DNA of 64,000 bases from positions 7,688,001 to 7,752,000 of the forward strand of contig OX597833.1 of NCBI GenBank assembly GCA_951406725.2, read 5' to 3'. Shown piece after piece: positions 29,258 to 43,210 of this stretch. The notes under the pieces were generated by a model that was not told where the DNA came from, ran no database searches, and was given only the letters and a program-made list of their open reading frames with translations. A program made the translations under genes and the position numbers. The DNA is from Octopus vulgaris (lineage: Eukaryota). The stretch's first letter is position 1; the number at the start of each line of letters is the position of its first letter.

Positions 29258-29789
29258 TATATATACACATATATATTATTCTTGTTGTTAATTCTGCGAC
29301 CTGGCAGAATCGTTAGCACGCTGGACATAATGCTTAGCGGCATTCTGTTTGCCGCTACGTTCTGTGTTCAAATTCCACCGAGATCGACTTTACTCTTTCA
29401 TCCTTTTCGAGTTGATAAATTAAATATCAGTGAAAGAGAAAATAATAACAACGCGTTGTTGTGTTTTCTCTTTGTATATATCTCATCACACGTGTTTCTA
29501 TCAAAAGCAATAGAACAAAGAGATCATCTATCCGATCGACCTACCTGTTTTGCTACGAATTTAATGCTAATCTCAATATCTCAATGGATCTTCTTAATCC
29601 CAGAAGCTAATTCACAATTGAGCGTAACACCAGCAATCATTAGACTATTTCGCTCATTGTTACGATATCCCACTGACGACCTTAACTGTTTTATTGTTGC
29701 CTCTAACAACCCTTATTCAATTTTTTAAAAATAAAACGGTAATTCTCCATTTGCAACTAATTTTAGAATAATTTCAAACTTTTTCTTGG

Positions 29790-30110
29790 CCCTGTCTTTT
29801 GGTGTGTAACCAGATAACTTTATTTGGAAGGTTAAGTACTGAATGTCTTCTCACCGTTCTTGAGGCTGGCGCATTTCAGACACATTCCTGATTCTTCTTT
29901 CCTGGTCTGTAATGATGATGTTTATTTTGGCAGTTTCCCGACACGGCGGCATCTTTTCAGATGTCATGTATGTGGAATAGACATGGTTTGGGTTCCGTTG
30001 GTGGGTATGGGCTCTATTCATAACCCGATGCCGAATAAAGGTAATTTTCCATCTAAAGGTGTCGTGGATGGAATTTGCTCTATGTTGCGTGGTAGACATA
30101 GTTTGTTCTT
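29790..30110 (-). mobile_element. degenerate Penelope-like RT C-terminal (thumb) fragment
   Basis: DGKLPLFGIGL*I (cf. DGKLPFLD) and KINIIITDQERRIRNVSE...IKLSGY..KDR (cf. K...L.QE..RRLRN.S...SGY....R); contains stops and frameshifts. Confidence 0.5.
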
Positions 30111-30243
30111 CGTGCTGCTGACCGTGGGGTGAAGAATCCGTTAAATAATGACATGTCATCAGTACAACAACTGAACGGTGCTGTTTAAGTATTGTCCGGA
30201 ATTAGCAATTGAAACAGGATTTAATTAAAATAACCTTGGTGAA

Positions 30244-30537
30244 GATGAGTGGCCAGGTGGTTAACATATTTAGTTCACGATCGTAAGGTAATGCGTTCGA
30301 TTCCCGGCAGTGCGTTGTGTTCTTGGACAAGACACTTTATTTCACGTTACTTCAGTCGATTCAGCTGGCAGCAATGAGATGTACCCGTAATTGAAAAGGG
30401 CCATCTTTGTCACATTCTGTGTCGTGTTGAATCTCTCTGATCGGCACATTAAGGGTAGATGCGTCTGTGGAGAACTGAGAGCAGCAGGTTTCTCCGTTAA
30501 TCGGATCAACTGGAATCCTCGTCGTCATAACCGACAC
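30244..30537 (+). mobile_element. tRNA-derived CORE-type SINE (family C; octopus OR-like)
   Basis: A box TGGCCAGGTGG, B box GTTCGATTCC, CORE-like GTTGTGTTCTTGGACAAGACACTTTATTTCAC; tail CGGATCAACTGGAATCCTCGTCGTC shared with 61385-61761. Confidence 0.8.
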
Positions 30538-31657
30538 CGACCGAGTGCAAGTTTGATTGAAATAACCATAAATGTGTGTTTGTATATATATATATATATA
30601 CATATACACTACGTTGATAGAGCAATTATTACAGTATTTGTTCCGAGAAAACATCTCTTATGGAGTTGTTGTGTTAAAAAACATAACATATATATCAGGA
30701 GACGAACATTCATTCCAACAGCGGCCAGCGTAAGCGTCAGATACATATCTGTCTTTTGGGGCCTTAGCACCTTTGAGAAGACCCAAAACACGCTTATCGT
30801 TTATGTGTATACATTAAGTATGATACATAGATAGCCATTTAAATTGTAATTAATATTTATCTTAATTGTTCGTTGCACCCTACATAATTTGTCAATATCA
30901 GTTCGCGGCCCCACTTCCTGTCAGATATTTATAAACCATTGTGTCCAATTTAAACATGCATTATTTTTATTGGCACGCATCCTTTTGAAGACTGATAAAA
31001 ATAAGATACCAGTCATATATTGGGATCAAGGATATCGACTAAGCCCCAGCCCTCAAAAATTGCTAGCCTTGTACCTACATTAAAAATCATGATTTTAATG
31101 AGACTTTAAGGCTGAAACTAATTGCTTGTGAATCGGTGGCTTTAATGCTGCTATTAAAATATAAAATAGTCCAACCAATTCAGCCCTTCCTGGAGCTCTT
31201 TTGAATAGAAGTGATTAAAAGGGTCTATTCAGTCTTCATAGAGAAGGACAAGAGTTCTCCATGTCAAGACAAGTTCTCCTTTCTTCATAGCAGACAAAAT
31301 TTATCAACAGCGATATTGTTGAATTCAATCGTACATCCACAAAGCACTTCCGCACATTTTTTTTAATGGCAAAGTCCTCTATCATTTGATAGAAACACTT
31401 AGAGAACGAATGGAAGGAACCATTGAGGACTGTTAAAACTGACTTGTAATTGATTTTTAACAAATGCAATGATAAAACTGAGTCAGTGGGCAGGTCACAG
31501 AGGTGCGACCAAAATTTCGTTATTTCCAAAAAATATACATAAAGGAAACATTAGAGTTTTGTATGATATAATTAAATACCTAAAATGATTCCTCAATGAT
31601 GCAATCTCTCTATCTCTTATATATATTTATATATATATGTATATATGTGTATGTGTG

Positions 31658-31699
<42 letters not shown>

Positions 31700-31919
31700 A
31701 GACAAGGATCTATATATATAGTTGTACAGACCCTCTCTGTTAGTCACTGTTGGGTTTTCACTCTCTTCAGCGATGACTAACGAATTGTATTTTTATTCGA
31801 ACCAAATTTTTAATCACCTGACGAATACGATTTTTTCATGATGCGATCGAACTATTCATCAATGATTTTAAAAAATGCGTCTGAAACAGCTGTAGTGAAC
31901 CTTTAAACCATTTATCTTC

Positions 31920-31969
<50 letters not shown>

Positions 31970-34014
31970 ATGCATATATATATATGCAAAGTAAAAGCAC
32001 ACAAGCACATGCGTAGGGGGGCGGCAGCGAAGAAAAAGAGAGAGGAGGAGAGAGTGAGAATACGTGCAAAAAGTTGCTTTTTTGTTGTTGTTGTTCTCCT
32101 CTCCGTTCTTCCTATCGCAACTGCATCAAGAATGGTGACTATTCTCTGAGTCTGTTCTTTGGTTCTAGTTCCTGTTTAGCATTGCAAGTTGATGAATCAG
32201 AGAGTTGACAGAGAAAATACAATATCTTGGTTATCAGCAAAATACAATATCTTGGTTATCAGCATTTCAGGGTGGGATGACCTGAAAGTAATGGATCTGG
32301 GTTTCTAAGAATCGGAGGGAAAACTTCAGTTAGGGCTCAGTTACATAATGTGGCACCTTAAAATGGAAAATTGGTACTTTAAATGGTAAACTATAAAACT
32401 GTAGATTTTGGAGTAGGTTTGGAAACTTGGCAATCATTCATGTTTATGGACAGTCGTCCTTCTGTGGATGTGTGTGTGTGTGTGTGTGCGCACATGAGAA
32501 GAGAGTGCGCGTGCAAGCGTGTGTGTGGGGGTGTTTTGGAATTTGCGTGTGTTGTTATTTAGTTTTATTTTTAAATTTCTTGCCTATGAAGAAAGAGCCG
32601 GTTTCTAACCTAGATCCAAGACACCAAGGCATCAACATTTCTGAATGCACCGATCCTGGGGTAAGCGAAAGTGCCTCTGGTCGCCTGGCCCCTTTTAACT
32701 CATCTCTTCCCCTGTGCACTGATAGTTCATACAAATAACAATTCAGACTTAAATTCACTTGTACCATAAATATAAAGTGGCCATGACTATTTCTGATGAA
32801 GTCTTAAGAGAAAATAAGAAGATGAGTTTAAAAAGAAGGTGGATGGAAATAAATGAAAATACGTCTTAACTTTATCCTGATTTGAACGTCCACCGAATGC
32901 TTTACATTGAAGGTTAAACAATTACGTTTGCCTTAACCAAAAGAATCAACCTCTGTCACAATGTGAAAACCAGAAGGAAAGGAAAACGATGTGTCTTATG
33001 AATGATACTCAAAATGGTAAATCTTATTACGTGTCAGGAACAAGAAAAGGAACAGATTTTGGTCACTGACCGGGGATGGGACAACAGATGTTGAATGCCT
33101 TTTCCCTCGGCAAAATATCACCCGTTTCAAAGAATTTATCCGTCAAAGAATATTGTGACCCAGCCGCCACTGGTGGGGTGGTGGTGGTGGTGGTGGTGGT
33201 GGTGGTGATGGGTGTGGTGGTGGTGCTGGTGCTGGTGTTGGTGGCAGTAATGATTATGAAAATGGTGATGATGTTAGCTATATGCCGGTGATTCTGCTGG
33301 TGGTGGTGGTGACGATGATGATGATGATGATGATGAGGAGGAGGAGGAGATGAAGGAAAATGGCGATGGTGGTGGTGGTGGTGGTGGTGGTTGTAGTGGC
33401 AGTGATGATTATAGAAACGATGGTGGCGTCGGGGGCGTCGGGGGCGTCGGGGGCGGCGGCGTTTGTCTCCAGTTACCAATTCCATCTCTGAACTGAATGA
33501 CTCAGTTTACCCAGCAAACAGATTTCTCTAACAGTGACGGCATTCTGAAGGGTGAGGGTGGGTGTAGGGGGTGGATAGGGGACAGTGAAAGGCCGGGTGC
33601 GGAGCGGGTACGGAAGAATTCGAAACGACCAATAAAGAAGGTGAAGAAATATATGTAAACAAATAATAGAGAACCGTTAAAGTGACGACGACGACGACGA
33701 TGATGATGATGATGATGATGATGATGGTGGTGGTGATGATGAAGGGGGATTGGGTGCTTGTGGTGGTGATGATTGTGATGGTTATGATGAGTACGGTGGT
33801 GGTAGTGGTAGGGGTGAAGATGGTGGTCATGAGGGGACGCTGTCACTGCTGAGAAAGTGGATGTGGTGATGATGATGGTGGTGGTGATGATGATGATGGT
33901 GGTGGTGGTGGTGGTTTTGGTGGTGGTGGTGGTGGTGGTGGTGGCAACGATGACAATGACGAAAACGATAAGGGTGATGACTTTGCTGCTGCGGCTGCTG
34001 CTTCTGCTCTGCTG

Positions 34015-34015
34015 T

Positions 34016-34078
<63 letters not shown>

Positions 34079-34173
34079 CGACGATGATGATGATGATGAT
34101 GATGATGACGATGAGGATGATGATGATGATGATGATGACGATGATGATGATGATGATGAGGATGATGATGATG

Positions 34174-34213
<40 letters not shown>

Positions 34214-34331
34214 CGATGATGATGATGATGATGATGATGACGATGATGATGATGATGATGATGATGACGACGATGATGATGATGATGATGATGATGATGA
34301 CGATGAGGATGATGATGATGATGATGATGAC

Positions 34332-34381
<50 letters not shown>

Positions 34382-34600
34382 CGATGATGATGACGATGAG
34401 GATGATGATGATGATGATGATGACGATGATGATGATGATGATGATGATGACGACGATGATGATGATGATGATGATGATGACGATGAGGATGATGATGATG
34501 ATGATGATGACGATGATGATGATGACGATGATGATGATGACGATGAGGATGATGATGATGATGATGATGACGATGAGGATGATGATGATGATGATGATGG
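34015..34600. repeat. (GAT)n microsatellite with GAC/GAG interruptions, about 585 bp
   Basis: Visible directly; source of the poly-S and poly-M pseudo-ORFs. Confidence 0.95.
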
Positions 34601-34709
34601 CATCTTTAATTAGAAAGAGGTGAGCAAATGGTCACGACAGTGGTATGGTTAGGGTTAGGATTAGGGTGAAGAGGCGACACTTCCCTCCTTCCACACACAC
34701 ACCCAGACA

Positions 34710-34756
<47 letters not shown>

Positions 34757-35107
34757 GTATTAAAGGTGACACTCTACTTTTGAAGTTTGCCTCGTCTGGG
34801 CCGTTCGCACAGTGGTGCACATCCCAGCCCAAATTAAAACTCCGAGTAGACTGTCAACTCTGCCGCCATATCTGTCTTTCCACTGAAACTCTGTGTCCAG
34901 AGTTCTATGCCAGACAATGTCTGCTGCATCGAGAATATCGTTTTGATCTACGGTACTACTGTTACATTATTGTGTGCCTGTTTGTACACAGGCCACCCCT
35001 TTTAGAATGTGAGTAACATAGAATGTTCGCATGACAACCATTTCACAATATTCCTTTTTCTTTTCATCTCGTTACTTTGTTGTTGCTGTTGTTCTTATTG
35101 CTATTTA

Positions 35108-35560
35108 AGATGGGGAGCTGGCTGACTCATGGCGATCCAAGCAAAATGCTTAGCGGCTCTTCGTCTGCCTTCACGTTCTGAGTTCAAATTCCGCAGAGGT
35201 CGACTTTGCCTTTCATCCTTTCGGAGTTGATAAATTAAGTACCAGTTGCGTACTGGGGTCGATGCAATCGATGAGTCTCCTCCTCCAAAATTTCAGACCT
35301 TGTGCCTTTAGTAGAAAAGATTATTATTATCATTATTATTATTATTAAGGTAATGAGCTGGAAGAATAGTTAGCTTGTCGGACGAGATGCTTAACGGCAT
35401 TTCGTCCGTCTTTACGTTCTAAGTTCAAATTGCGCCGAGGTTAGCTTTGCCTTTCATCCCTTCGGGGTCGATGAAACAAATAAAGTTGAGCACTGGGGTC
35501 ACTCGACTCATCTCCATCCCCTTAAAAAGAAAAATTTCAGGTTTTCTGCCAACACTAGAA
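35108..35560 (+). mobile_element. two tandem SINE family B copies (35108-35320, 35348-35560)
   Basis: Each has GAGCTGG, GTTCAAATT and CTTTGCCTTTCATCC; separated by (TTA)n. Confidence 0.85.
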
Positions 35561-35845
35561 ACGTTTACTGTTGTTGTTTGTTGTTGTTGGTGTTGTTGTT
35601 GCTAGAGTCCTTCATGACAGAATTCATGTTATTGATGTTGTGGTTAATTTAGACTTAACGTATTTATTGATCAAAGACTTTCCGGCCACGACCACCCTGC
35701 CTATTAGACAAATATCCAGTATTTAAGACCACATGTTGCAATCTTACCTTCTCGTTTATTAAAACATCAGTGTATGATACAAGAGCGTTTCGTTGCTATT
35801 TCTAGCGTGGTCCAGTGGCTGTACAAGCGATTGCGTCGACTTGTT

Positions 35846-35877
<32 letters not shown>

Positions 35878-36160
35878 CGTTGTCGTCGTCATCTATGGCA
35901 TCTTTTTTTGTAGATGTTGTTTATTTTGTTATTGGTTCTCTGTTTACAACAACAACAACAACAACAACAACAACACGGGACAAGCAAGGCCAAAAACAGT
36001 GTAAAGCCTCTCTCGCAAGTTTCTATCATCACCATCATCACCACCATCATCACCATATTTGCCAACACTACCACCATCACCACCGCCACATCGAACACCA
36101 GTTCATCATCATCATCACCACCACGACCGTCATCATCATCCTCATCATCGTCACCATCAC

Positions 36161-36198
<38 letters not shown>

Positions 36199-36318
36199 CA
36201 ATCACCACCACCGCCAACAACACACCACCATCATCACTACCACCATCGCCTTGGTCATCCTCACCACCACCACCGCCTAAACAGATACTCTTTTGTAAGT
36301 CTGACACTTATGTCTTTC

Positions 36319-36354
<36 letters not shown>

Positions 36355-36519
36355 CTCTTTCTTTTTTGTATTTTATATTTCAACCATTTCTTTTGTATAG
36401 CGGCCACACACACAATCATACACACACACACACACACGCAAACACACATACGCTCACATATGCCCCACTGCACGCGCGTACATTGAAAGAGAAGTTGATA
36501 GACTGAACGAAGATCAACA

Positions 36520-36562
<43 letters not shown>

Positions 36563-36968
36563 ATTTAGATACAGGCTCTTGTAGACCCATGCATATTAAC
36601 ATATATACACACATACACACACATATACATACATACATATATGCACACATCACACGTACATATATCTATGTGTATTTATATGTGTGTGTATACATATATG
36701 CATGTGTTTGGGTATGTATGTATGTATGTAGTATTTTTTTAGTGTATATTTAGATTTACGACTGCAGTTGATGCACCAAGATTTGCACGTAGACCCCCAA
36801 TTGCTCTTCAACCTTCAACTGCAGAGGATACAAATGACCACAATGGTGAAACGTGCGTAGGGAACGAATGATATAAATTGCATCTTGTGTTTATCATATT
36901 CTTCCCCATGTGAGTGCATGTGTATATGTGAGTATATATATATATATATGCGAGTGTGTTTATATATC

Positions 36969-37084
<116 letters not shown>

Positions 37085-37102
37085 TGTGTGTATGTGTGTA
37101 TG

Positions 37103-37158
<56 letters not shown>

Positions 37159-37516
37159 CTATATCCATACATAGTCTCAATAATTGAATTTCTTTCTCTT
37201 TTAGTGATGGGTAAACTAGGATTAAACGGTAAATATATATTTTCATTGCTTTCTAAAACACAGTATTTTGCAGATTTCAACGAACGTAGAAGTGAATAAA
37301 ATATGAGAGTCTAGTAAGATTCGAAACCCTATCTCTTAGATCAATCACCTCAGTGTAATTTACTTTATGCTCTAAGCCCACTTCCTCAATATACTCTCAA
37401 ACCTACAACCTCGAATGCAATTTATAATCTTTGGTGCATGTGTACTTTGTATGTCTCTATTTGTCCTTGTGTTGTTGTTGTTGTTGTTGTTATTATTATT
37501 ATTATTATTATTATTA

Positions 37517-37915
37517 AAGCGGCGAGCTGGCAGAATCGTTAGCATGCCGGGCGAAATGCTTTGCAGTATTTCGTCTGCCAGTACGTTCTGAGCTCAAATT
37601 CCGCCAAGGTCGACTTTGCCTTTCATCCTTTCGGGGTCGATAAATTAAGTACCAGTTACGTACTGGGGTCGATATAACCAACTTAATCCGTTTGTCTGTC
37701 TTTGTTTGTCTCCTCTGTGTTTAGCCCCTTGTGGGTAGTAAAGAAATAGGTATTTCGTCTGTCTTTACGTTCTGGGTTAAAACGCCACTGGAGTCCACTT
37801 TGCCTTTCATCCTTTTGGGGGTCGATAAATTAAGTACCAGTGAAACACTGGGGTCGATGTAACCGACTAGTCCCCTCCCCACAAATCTGAAGCCTTGTAC
37901 CTATTGTAGAAACCT
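37517..37915 (+). mobile_element. dimeric SINE family B carrying two different 3' tails
   Basis: First unit ends GCCCCTTGTGGGTAGTAAAGAAATAG; second unit restarts at GTATTTCGTCTG and ends GCCTTGTACCTATTGTAGAAA. Confidence 0.85.
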
Positions 37916-38100
37916 TATTATTGCTAAATTCCGATGTATGTAAAGAAACAAAGTTTACTTTTTATAGAAGAAGCGTTGAGATGTATTGAAATATAGAGAT
38001 ATGGAAATATTTTACTCTCAGAAGCATAATAATAATAATAATAATGCTGAATAATATAAATAGAATAGAAATCCTTACATTGCAGAAAATTTTGTCAGCA

Positions 38101-38172
38101 GCCAGCCATGAGACACGAACTCACATCCCTGCGATTACCGGTCATAGTGATTTACCTTTAAGCTAAACTGCC
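38101..38172 (-). pseudogene. tRNA-like sequence (pseudo-tRNA-Thr(GGT) or SINE head)
   Basis: GGCAGTTTAGCTTAAAGGTAAATCACTATGACCGGTAATCGCAGGGATGTGAGTTCGTGTCTCATGGCTGGC folds into an imperfect cloverleaf with an intact T arm and mismatched D and anticodon stems. Confidence 0.6.
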
Positions 38173-38705
38173 TACTAACAAATTCTTCTGAACTTATAAA
38201 TATAGCTTTTATAGACGCTGTTTGTGAAATTATGATGTATGTAAACAAAGTTTGCTTCCTTTTAGAAGCGTTGAGTTGTATTGAAATATAGAGATATGGA
38301 AATATTTTACTCACAAGCGTATAATAATGTTGATGTTGTTGTTGTTGTTTATATGTATGCTTTGATATTGTTCAGACGACGCCAAGATTCGAACCCGAAA
38401 TCTTTTCCTTGTTGTTCTGTTCGATTAATTTGTTCAGCTCCTTTCTAAGGGGTTCAAGCGATTCAAATCTCAAAGATCGTTGTTCAGTTTTCAATTTGTT
38501 CGTAGAAAGGGCTTAAACTAGAAGCGAAGGCTCCAATGGCCGCGAGGGTAGGAAGGGAGTTAACTAGCCTTGGCATTCGTATTCTGCTGTGGGAACGGAA
38601 ATGTATCAATAGCCCAGACCCTTAATTCTCAAATAGCGCAGTCTACTTAGCCGTAAATGGTTATCTAAGGGCTGGAACAACTTGTATTGGCGGCCAACAC
38701 AAATG

Positions 38706-38770
<65 letters not shown>

Positions 38771-38788
38771 CTTGACGTATATATTTGT

Positions 38789-38826
<38 letters not shown>

Positions 38827-39162
38827 GCACACACACACACACCCATGCATACAGAAATACATACATGTCCATATACTTAATTCTGACGCACACACATGTA
38901 TTCTTATATACATACATATACACACATGTCTATATACTTTACGCTCACAGCCCTCCGATCCACCCATGTTTATTTTCCAGTCCAATATTCCACCAGTGAC
39001 TCTCAACGATGCTAAACAATCTTGAAATTCTCAAAACCATTTATTCTACCATAAAAATGCCAAACTTTGGTCATTAAACTTGAAAAACCTTCCACCGACT
39101 TCAAGACGTCAGCTAAACAATTAATTCTTCCCCTTTCCTTCCCCACCCACAGCACACACACC

Positions 39163-39195
<33 letters not shown>

Positions 39196-39383
39196 TTCTT
39201 TTACCTGTTTCAGTCGTTGGACTACGGTCATGCTGGGGCACGGCTTTGAAGGGTTCAATCGGCCCCTAGTAATTACTTCAAGTCTGTTGCTTATTTTATC
39301 GAATCCTTTCCGCTGAACCGTTATGTTACAGGCAAGTAAAAAGAAAATGCGACACCAGTTGTTGAGTCATAAAAGGACGAACT

Positions 39384-39423
<40 letters not shown>

Positions 39424-39699
39424 GACACACACACTGATACAGGAATTACAGAGTGAAACAATTTGGGGGCAGAAGGTAAGTTTCAGGTTTAGGGTTAAAC
39501 AAAGAGATGGGGGCTGAGATTGAAAACCTGAACGTGTGAGAATGTCCTTGAGGAACATATTCTTGTGTGCTGGAAGCATGATTTAAGTTTTTAAAAATGT
39601 ACAGCAGGATGTGGATCTGCCAGTGGGTATATAGTGATTTCGTCTTTGGACTATTGACTGAGACAAACTCGGTCCGATGTTAAAACCAATATCAACGAT

Positions 39700-39990
39700 T
39701 GTTGTATCATAAGAATATGTTTCACTGAAGAGGATCGGGAAATAAGGTGAGGGGTAGATATGGGTTCACTCGGCATTGTAGATCCCATCATCCAGATGGT
39801 TGGGCTGTTGCTGAAGGACTGACTTGTAGCCGGTGGGGGAAGACTTGTAAGTCCTTCGCAGGCCTTAGGGGCTTTGTAAGACGTCATCAGCGATAGAGAG
39901 ACAAAACGTAAGTTGTTTCTTAAGAGTGAAATGGATTTAAGAAGTGGTCTTATTTCGTCACGAGCCGCCTTCTACGATGTATGTATATGC
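39700..39990 (+). mobile_element. RTE-type LINE 3' end, decayed
   Basis: GLTCSRWGKTCKSFAGLRGFVRRHQR* resembles the RTE terminal zinc finger C..CG+.C.S.AGL..H.R.H; short 3' UTR ends GCCGCCTTCTACG followed by (ATGT)n. The 5' boundary is uncertain. Confidence 0.6.
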
Positions 39991-40319
39991 ATGCTATAAC
40001 GTTACTTATAGCACGCGTGGTGCAGCTTAAACTTGTATCGCAACGCTCACACAAACAAGAGCCGTCGTAGTATTTGTGAGAATAGTAAAAAAAAAATGTC
40101 TTCTTTTATGACATCAAAGACTCAGAATATGCATGCTGGTCGTATTTTATCAAACTAAGCGTCAATTTTTTATGACCCTCACACAAATATCCTGCAACAT
40201 TAACCTGTAACAAACTGTACTGATAATACGAGTAATGCTGAAACGGGCTGTCTGCATATATAGAAATTATATCATTGCTAAATAATAACTATTAGCGACA
40301 GAAGAACTATAAATACCAA

Positions 40320-40865
40320 ATGGCAATCTTTTCGTCCTACTAAATGTGGATGTATTATACGAACGCCAAACACTACGGTATTCGCCCGAGAGCTCCTCTC
40401 ATATAGACGTATAATGCTAAGAGCACGGACATATACCGTATTTATACTTCTTCTGTCACTAATATTTATTTTTTCAATAAGACTGCTGGTTGATTAAGAC
40501 ATCAGTGATTGAAGGGTCACTGTTATTCAGTATCTTGTTGGCAGTGAGATTTAGCTGGTATGCGGGACCAGACGCCTGTCACTGAGGAAAAGCAGTCCGC
40601 TGTAATCACGTGATCTTGCAATTCCGGTTCCCAAACACGAATTTTCACACGCTTCTTTTACAATCTTTATATTCAAACCAATATATATACACTCCCCATA
40701 AAAACATGCACGGGCTTCAGAACTGCCCACGCCAGATGGTTTTCATTTGCTACCAATATACGCCTGTGCTCTTAGCGCCGTATGAGAGGACCTCTCAAGG
40801 CGAACACCGCAGTATTCAGCGTCCTAATGATACGTCCGCGTTTAGTAGGACGTAAATATTGCCAT
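40320..40865. mobile_element. MITE/fold-back element with about 115-bp diverged terminal inverted repeats
   Basis: 40320-40440 (ATGGCAATCTTTTCGTCCTACTAAA...GCTAAGAGCAC) is the approximate reverse complement of 40753-40865. Confidence 0.75.
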
Positions 40866-41125
40866 AGCATTGTTATATATATATATATATGACTGACGAC
40901 TGGCCTCAAACAAGAATATCTACAGATCTACCTACCCCTCACCTTATTCCCCGATCCTCTTCAGTGAAACATATTCTTATGATACAACAAGCGTTGAAAT
41001 TGGTTTAAACATCTGACCGAGTTTGTCTCAGTCAATAGTCCAAAGACGAAATCACTATATACCCACTGGGAAGCTGTTTAGTACGTCACCCTCTCTGCTA
41101 TACAGGAACAATACAAAACTAGCTC

Positions 41126-41164
<39 letters not shown>

Positions 41165-41865
41165 CTGGAGACACATCAAATATTTTAGCTGACTCTTATC
41201 TACAAAACAGGACCTAAACCAGAATACTGCTCACATTTATGGGCCAGTGGTGCCACACACACACACATACACACACACACACACAAAAAAAACATGCACA
41301 CTAATATCCGAGACTGCATTCAAAAAGAAGACCTTGAACAAATTGGCAGCCTGTCCTTCTGCCACATGCAACAACCAGTGGGACGCAGTGGGGTTTTCCC
41401 CTCCTCAATTTCTTCTACCGATACTAATACGTTTGCTACTCTTTTTAACTAGCAAACTGACCCTTCCGACCCCCCGACACCCCCTGCCTTTATTCAATCT
41501 TGGTGTCTCCCCTCCCACTCCCGCCATTTCTTTACAACCAATACTACCAACATACTTACATACGCCCTCATCCAATCCGTCCACTGGCTCCTCCCACACT
41601 TGCCATATCAACACTCGCCACCCGCTTCCAGGCCACTCCTACTGTATCTCCTCTCTCATAATCTCATACTAAACGCCCCACCTAATCTTCCCACCCACAA
41701 AACCGCCTTCTCCTATAATTCCGTCTCTGCTCACATTTTATTCTTCTTACCGCCATCGCCCTAACACTGCTTAAACACAACTTCACATATATTAATCACA
41801 CCAATTTAAGAAAACCCGCTCAGATCTTAGACCCTGATTCTCTGCCTGTCCCTCTCACACTATCT

Positions 41866-41918
<53 letters not shown>

Positions 41919-42300
41919 ATTTATACAAACTGACGCCATTTAACTTGAGCCGTTCTACATAATTAATTATTCCCTGACAACGCCATTTCCTCCGTTTTTA
42001 GACTTTATTCACCAATATTCACGGATACCTCGCCCCCGCTCTCCTCTCCTTTCGTTCTGACCCCTATTAATCTCTTGAAGAATTTTTTACCATTCAAACA
42101 TCTTTAATGTTTACAACAAAGGTGCGAGCCATAACCCTTGCCCATGTTACCACATTTTTACTAAACTTTGAGAAATGGTTAATGAAACAGGATATTGTTA
42201 TGTTAACAGCGTTAGTAACTGCTAATAATTAATTCAAGATAAAATAAGAAAAACCGTTGATATTAAACCGGATATCCTTGAATTAACAAAACGGTCTGCT

Positions 42301-42386
42301 GTGGTTCAGTCCCAGTGCGTAGCACCTTAGCCCCGTGTCAACCAAAGCCTTGTGAACAGAGTTGGCAGACGAAAACTGAAAGAAGC

Positions 42387-42438
<52 letters not shown>

Positions 42439-42620
42439 ACCACTTGGGATCCGGTACTGGTGTATTTACTTAGCGGTTCGGAAAAAGCGTTCGTCAGAAT
42501 AAGAATCAGGCGTTAAAAAAAATAAGTGCTGGAGTCGATTTATTCGATTAGAATTCTTCAAGGAGGCGGTGCCCCAGCATGGTCGCATTCTAATGGCTGA
42601 AACAAGTAAACGATAAAGAT
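42301..42620 (+). mobile_element. SINE family A, degenerate
   Basis: GGTTCAGTCCCAGTGCG...CCAAAGCCTTGTGA...CCCAGCATGGTCGC...CTGAAACAAGTAAA. Confidence 0.8.
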
Positions 42621-43210
42621 AAACAGTTAAATACCTTCGCTGACACAGAGGAAGGCACCTGGCCTCTTCACAGTCGTTATATACGACACACAACACTCTA
42701 AATATCCTTTTTTAGGCCCTGACCCTTTGCATGGCCTCCGAGATTGGTGGAAATAAGAGAAAAGATGGGGGGGGGGCGCGGTATCCTGGAACTACGAACG
42801 CAGTCTGAATGTTTGCAACAAAATTGCAACATGTTGCCATGTGGTGATGTTAAACCACGAAACGGGTCAGGATTTGAACTCAAAAGGTAAATAAAAAAAC
42901 CGAACAAATACCGCAAGTCATCTCGATCGATGCTCTACCGATTCCGACAGTTCACCTCCCCAAATTGGTACTCTTTATATCGACCAGGAAATGACGAAGG
43001 TAAAGTTGACCTCGGCGAGATTTGAACTCAGAGAATAGAGACTAGAAATAAAGGCATTCTATCCGGCGCTCTAACCACACAACCAGTTCGTTTCATTTAT
43101 TTCAATCATTCCTTTATTTACATCCTACGACAATTTATGTCTTCTACGCAGGACTTATAATTGCATCGCAATATGTCGCCATATTAACAGGCCTCACAAC
43201 AGGTAGATAG

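Noticed and set aside
31180-31530. Possible hAT transposase remnant on the minus strand (DVRLNSTISLL, cf. TRWNST)
   Set aside because: Only one weak motif; insufficient without a profile search.
31740-31780. Minus-strand CTGAAGA-GAGT-GAAA inside a 7-bp inverted repeat
   Set aside because: No stem II, stem III or NUH site; could be chance.
32214-32263. Exact 25-bp tandem duplication; similar small duplications near 14960-15120 and 55897-56030
   Set aside because: Ordinary slippage duplications; two adjacent copies without unique spacers, so not CRISPR-like.
33063-34010. His/Thr-rich minus-strand ORFs with short complex segments
   Set aside because: Built from (CAC/CAT)n cryptic repeats, with stops between segments and no consistent frame or splice sites.
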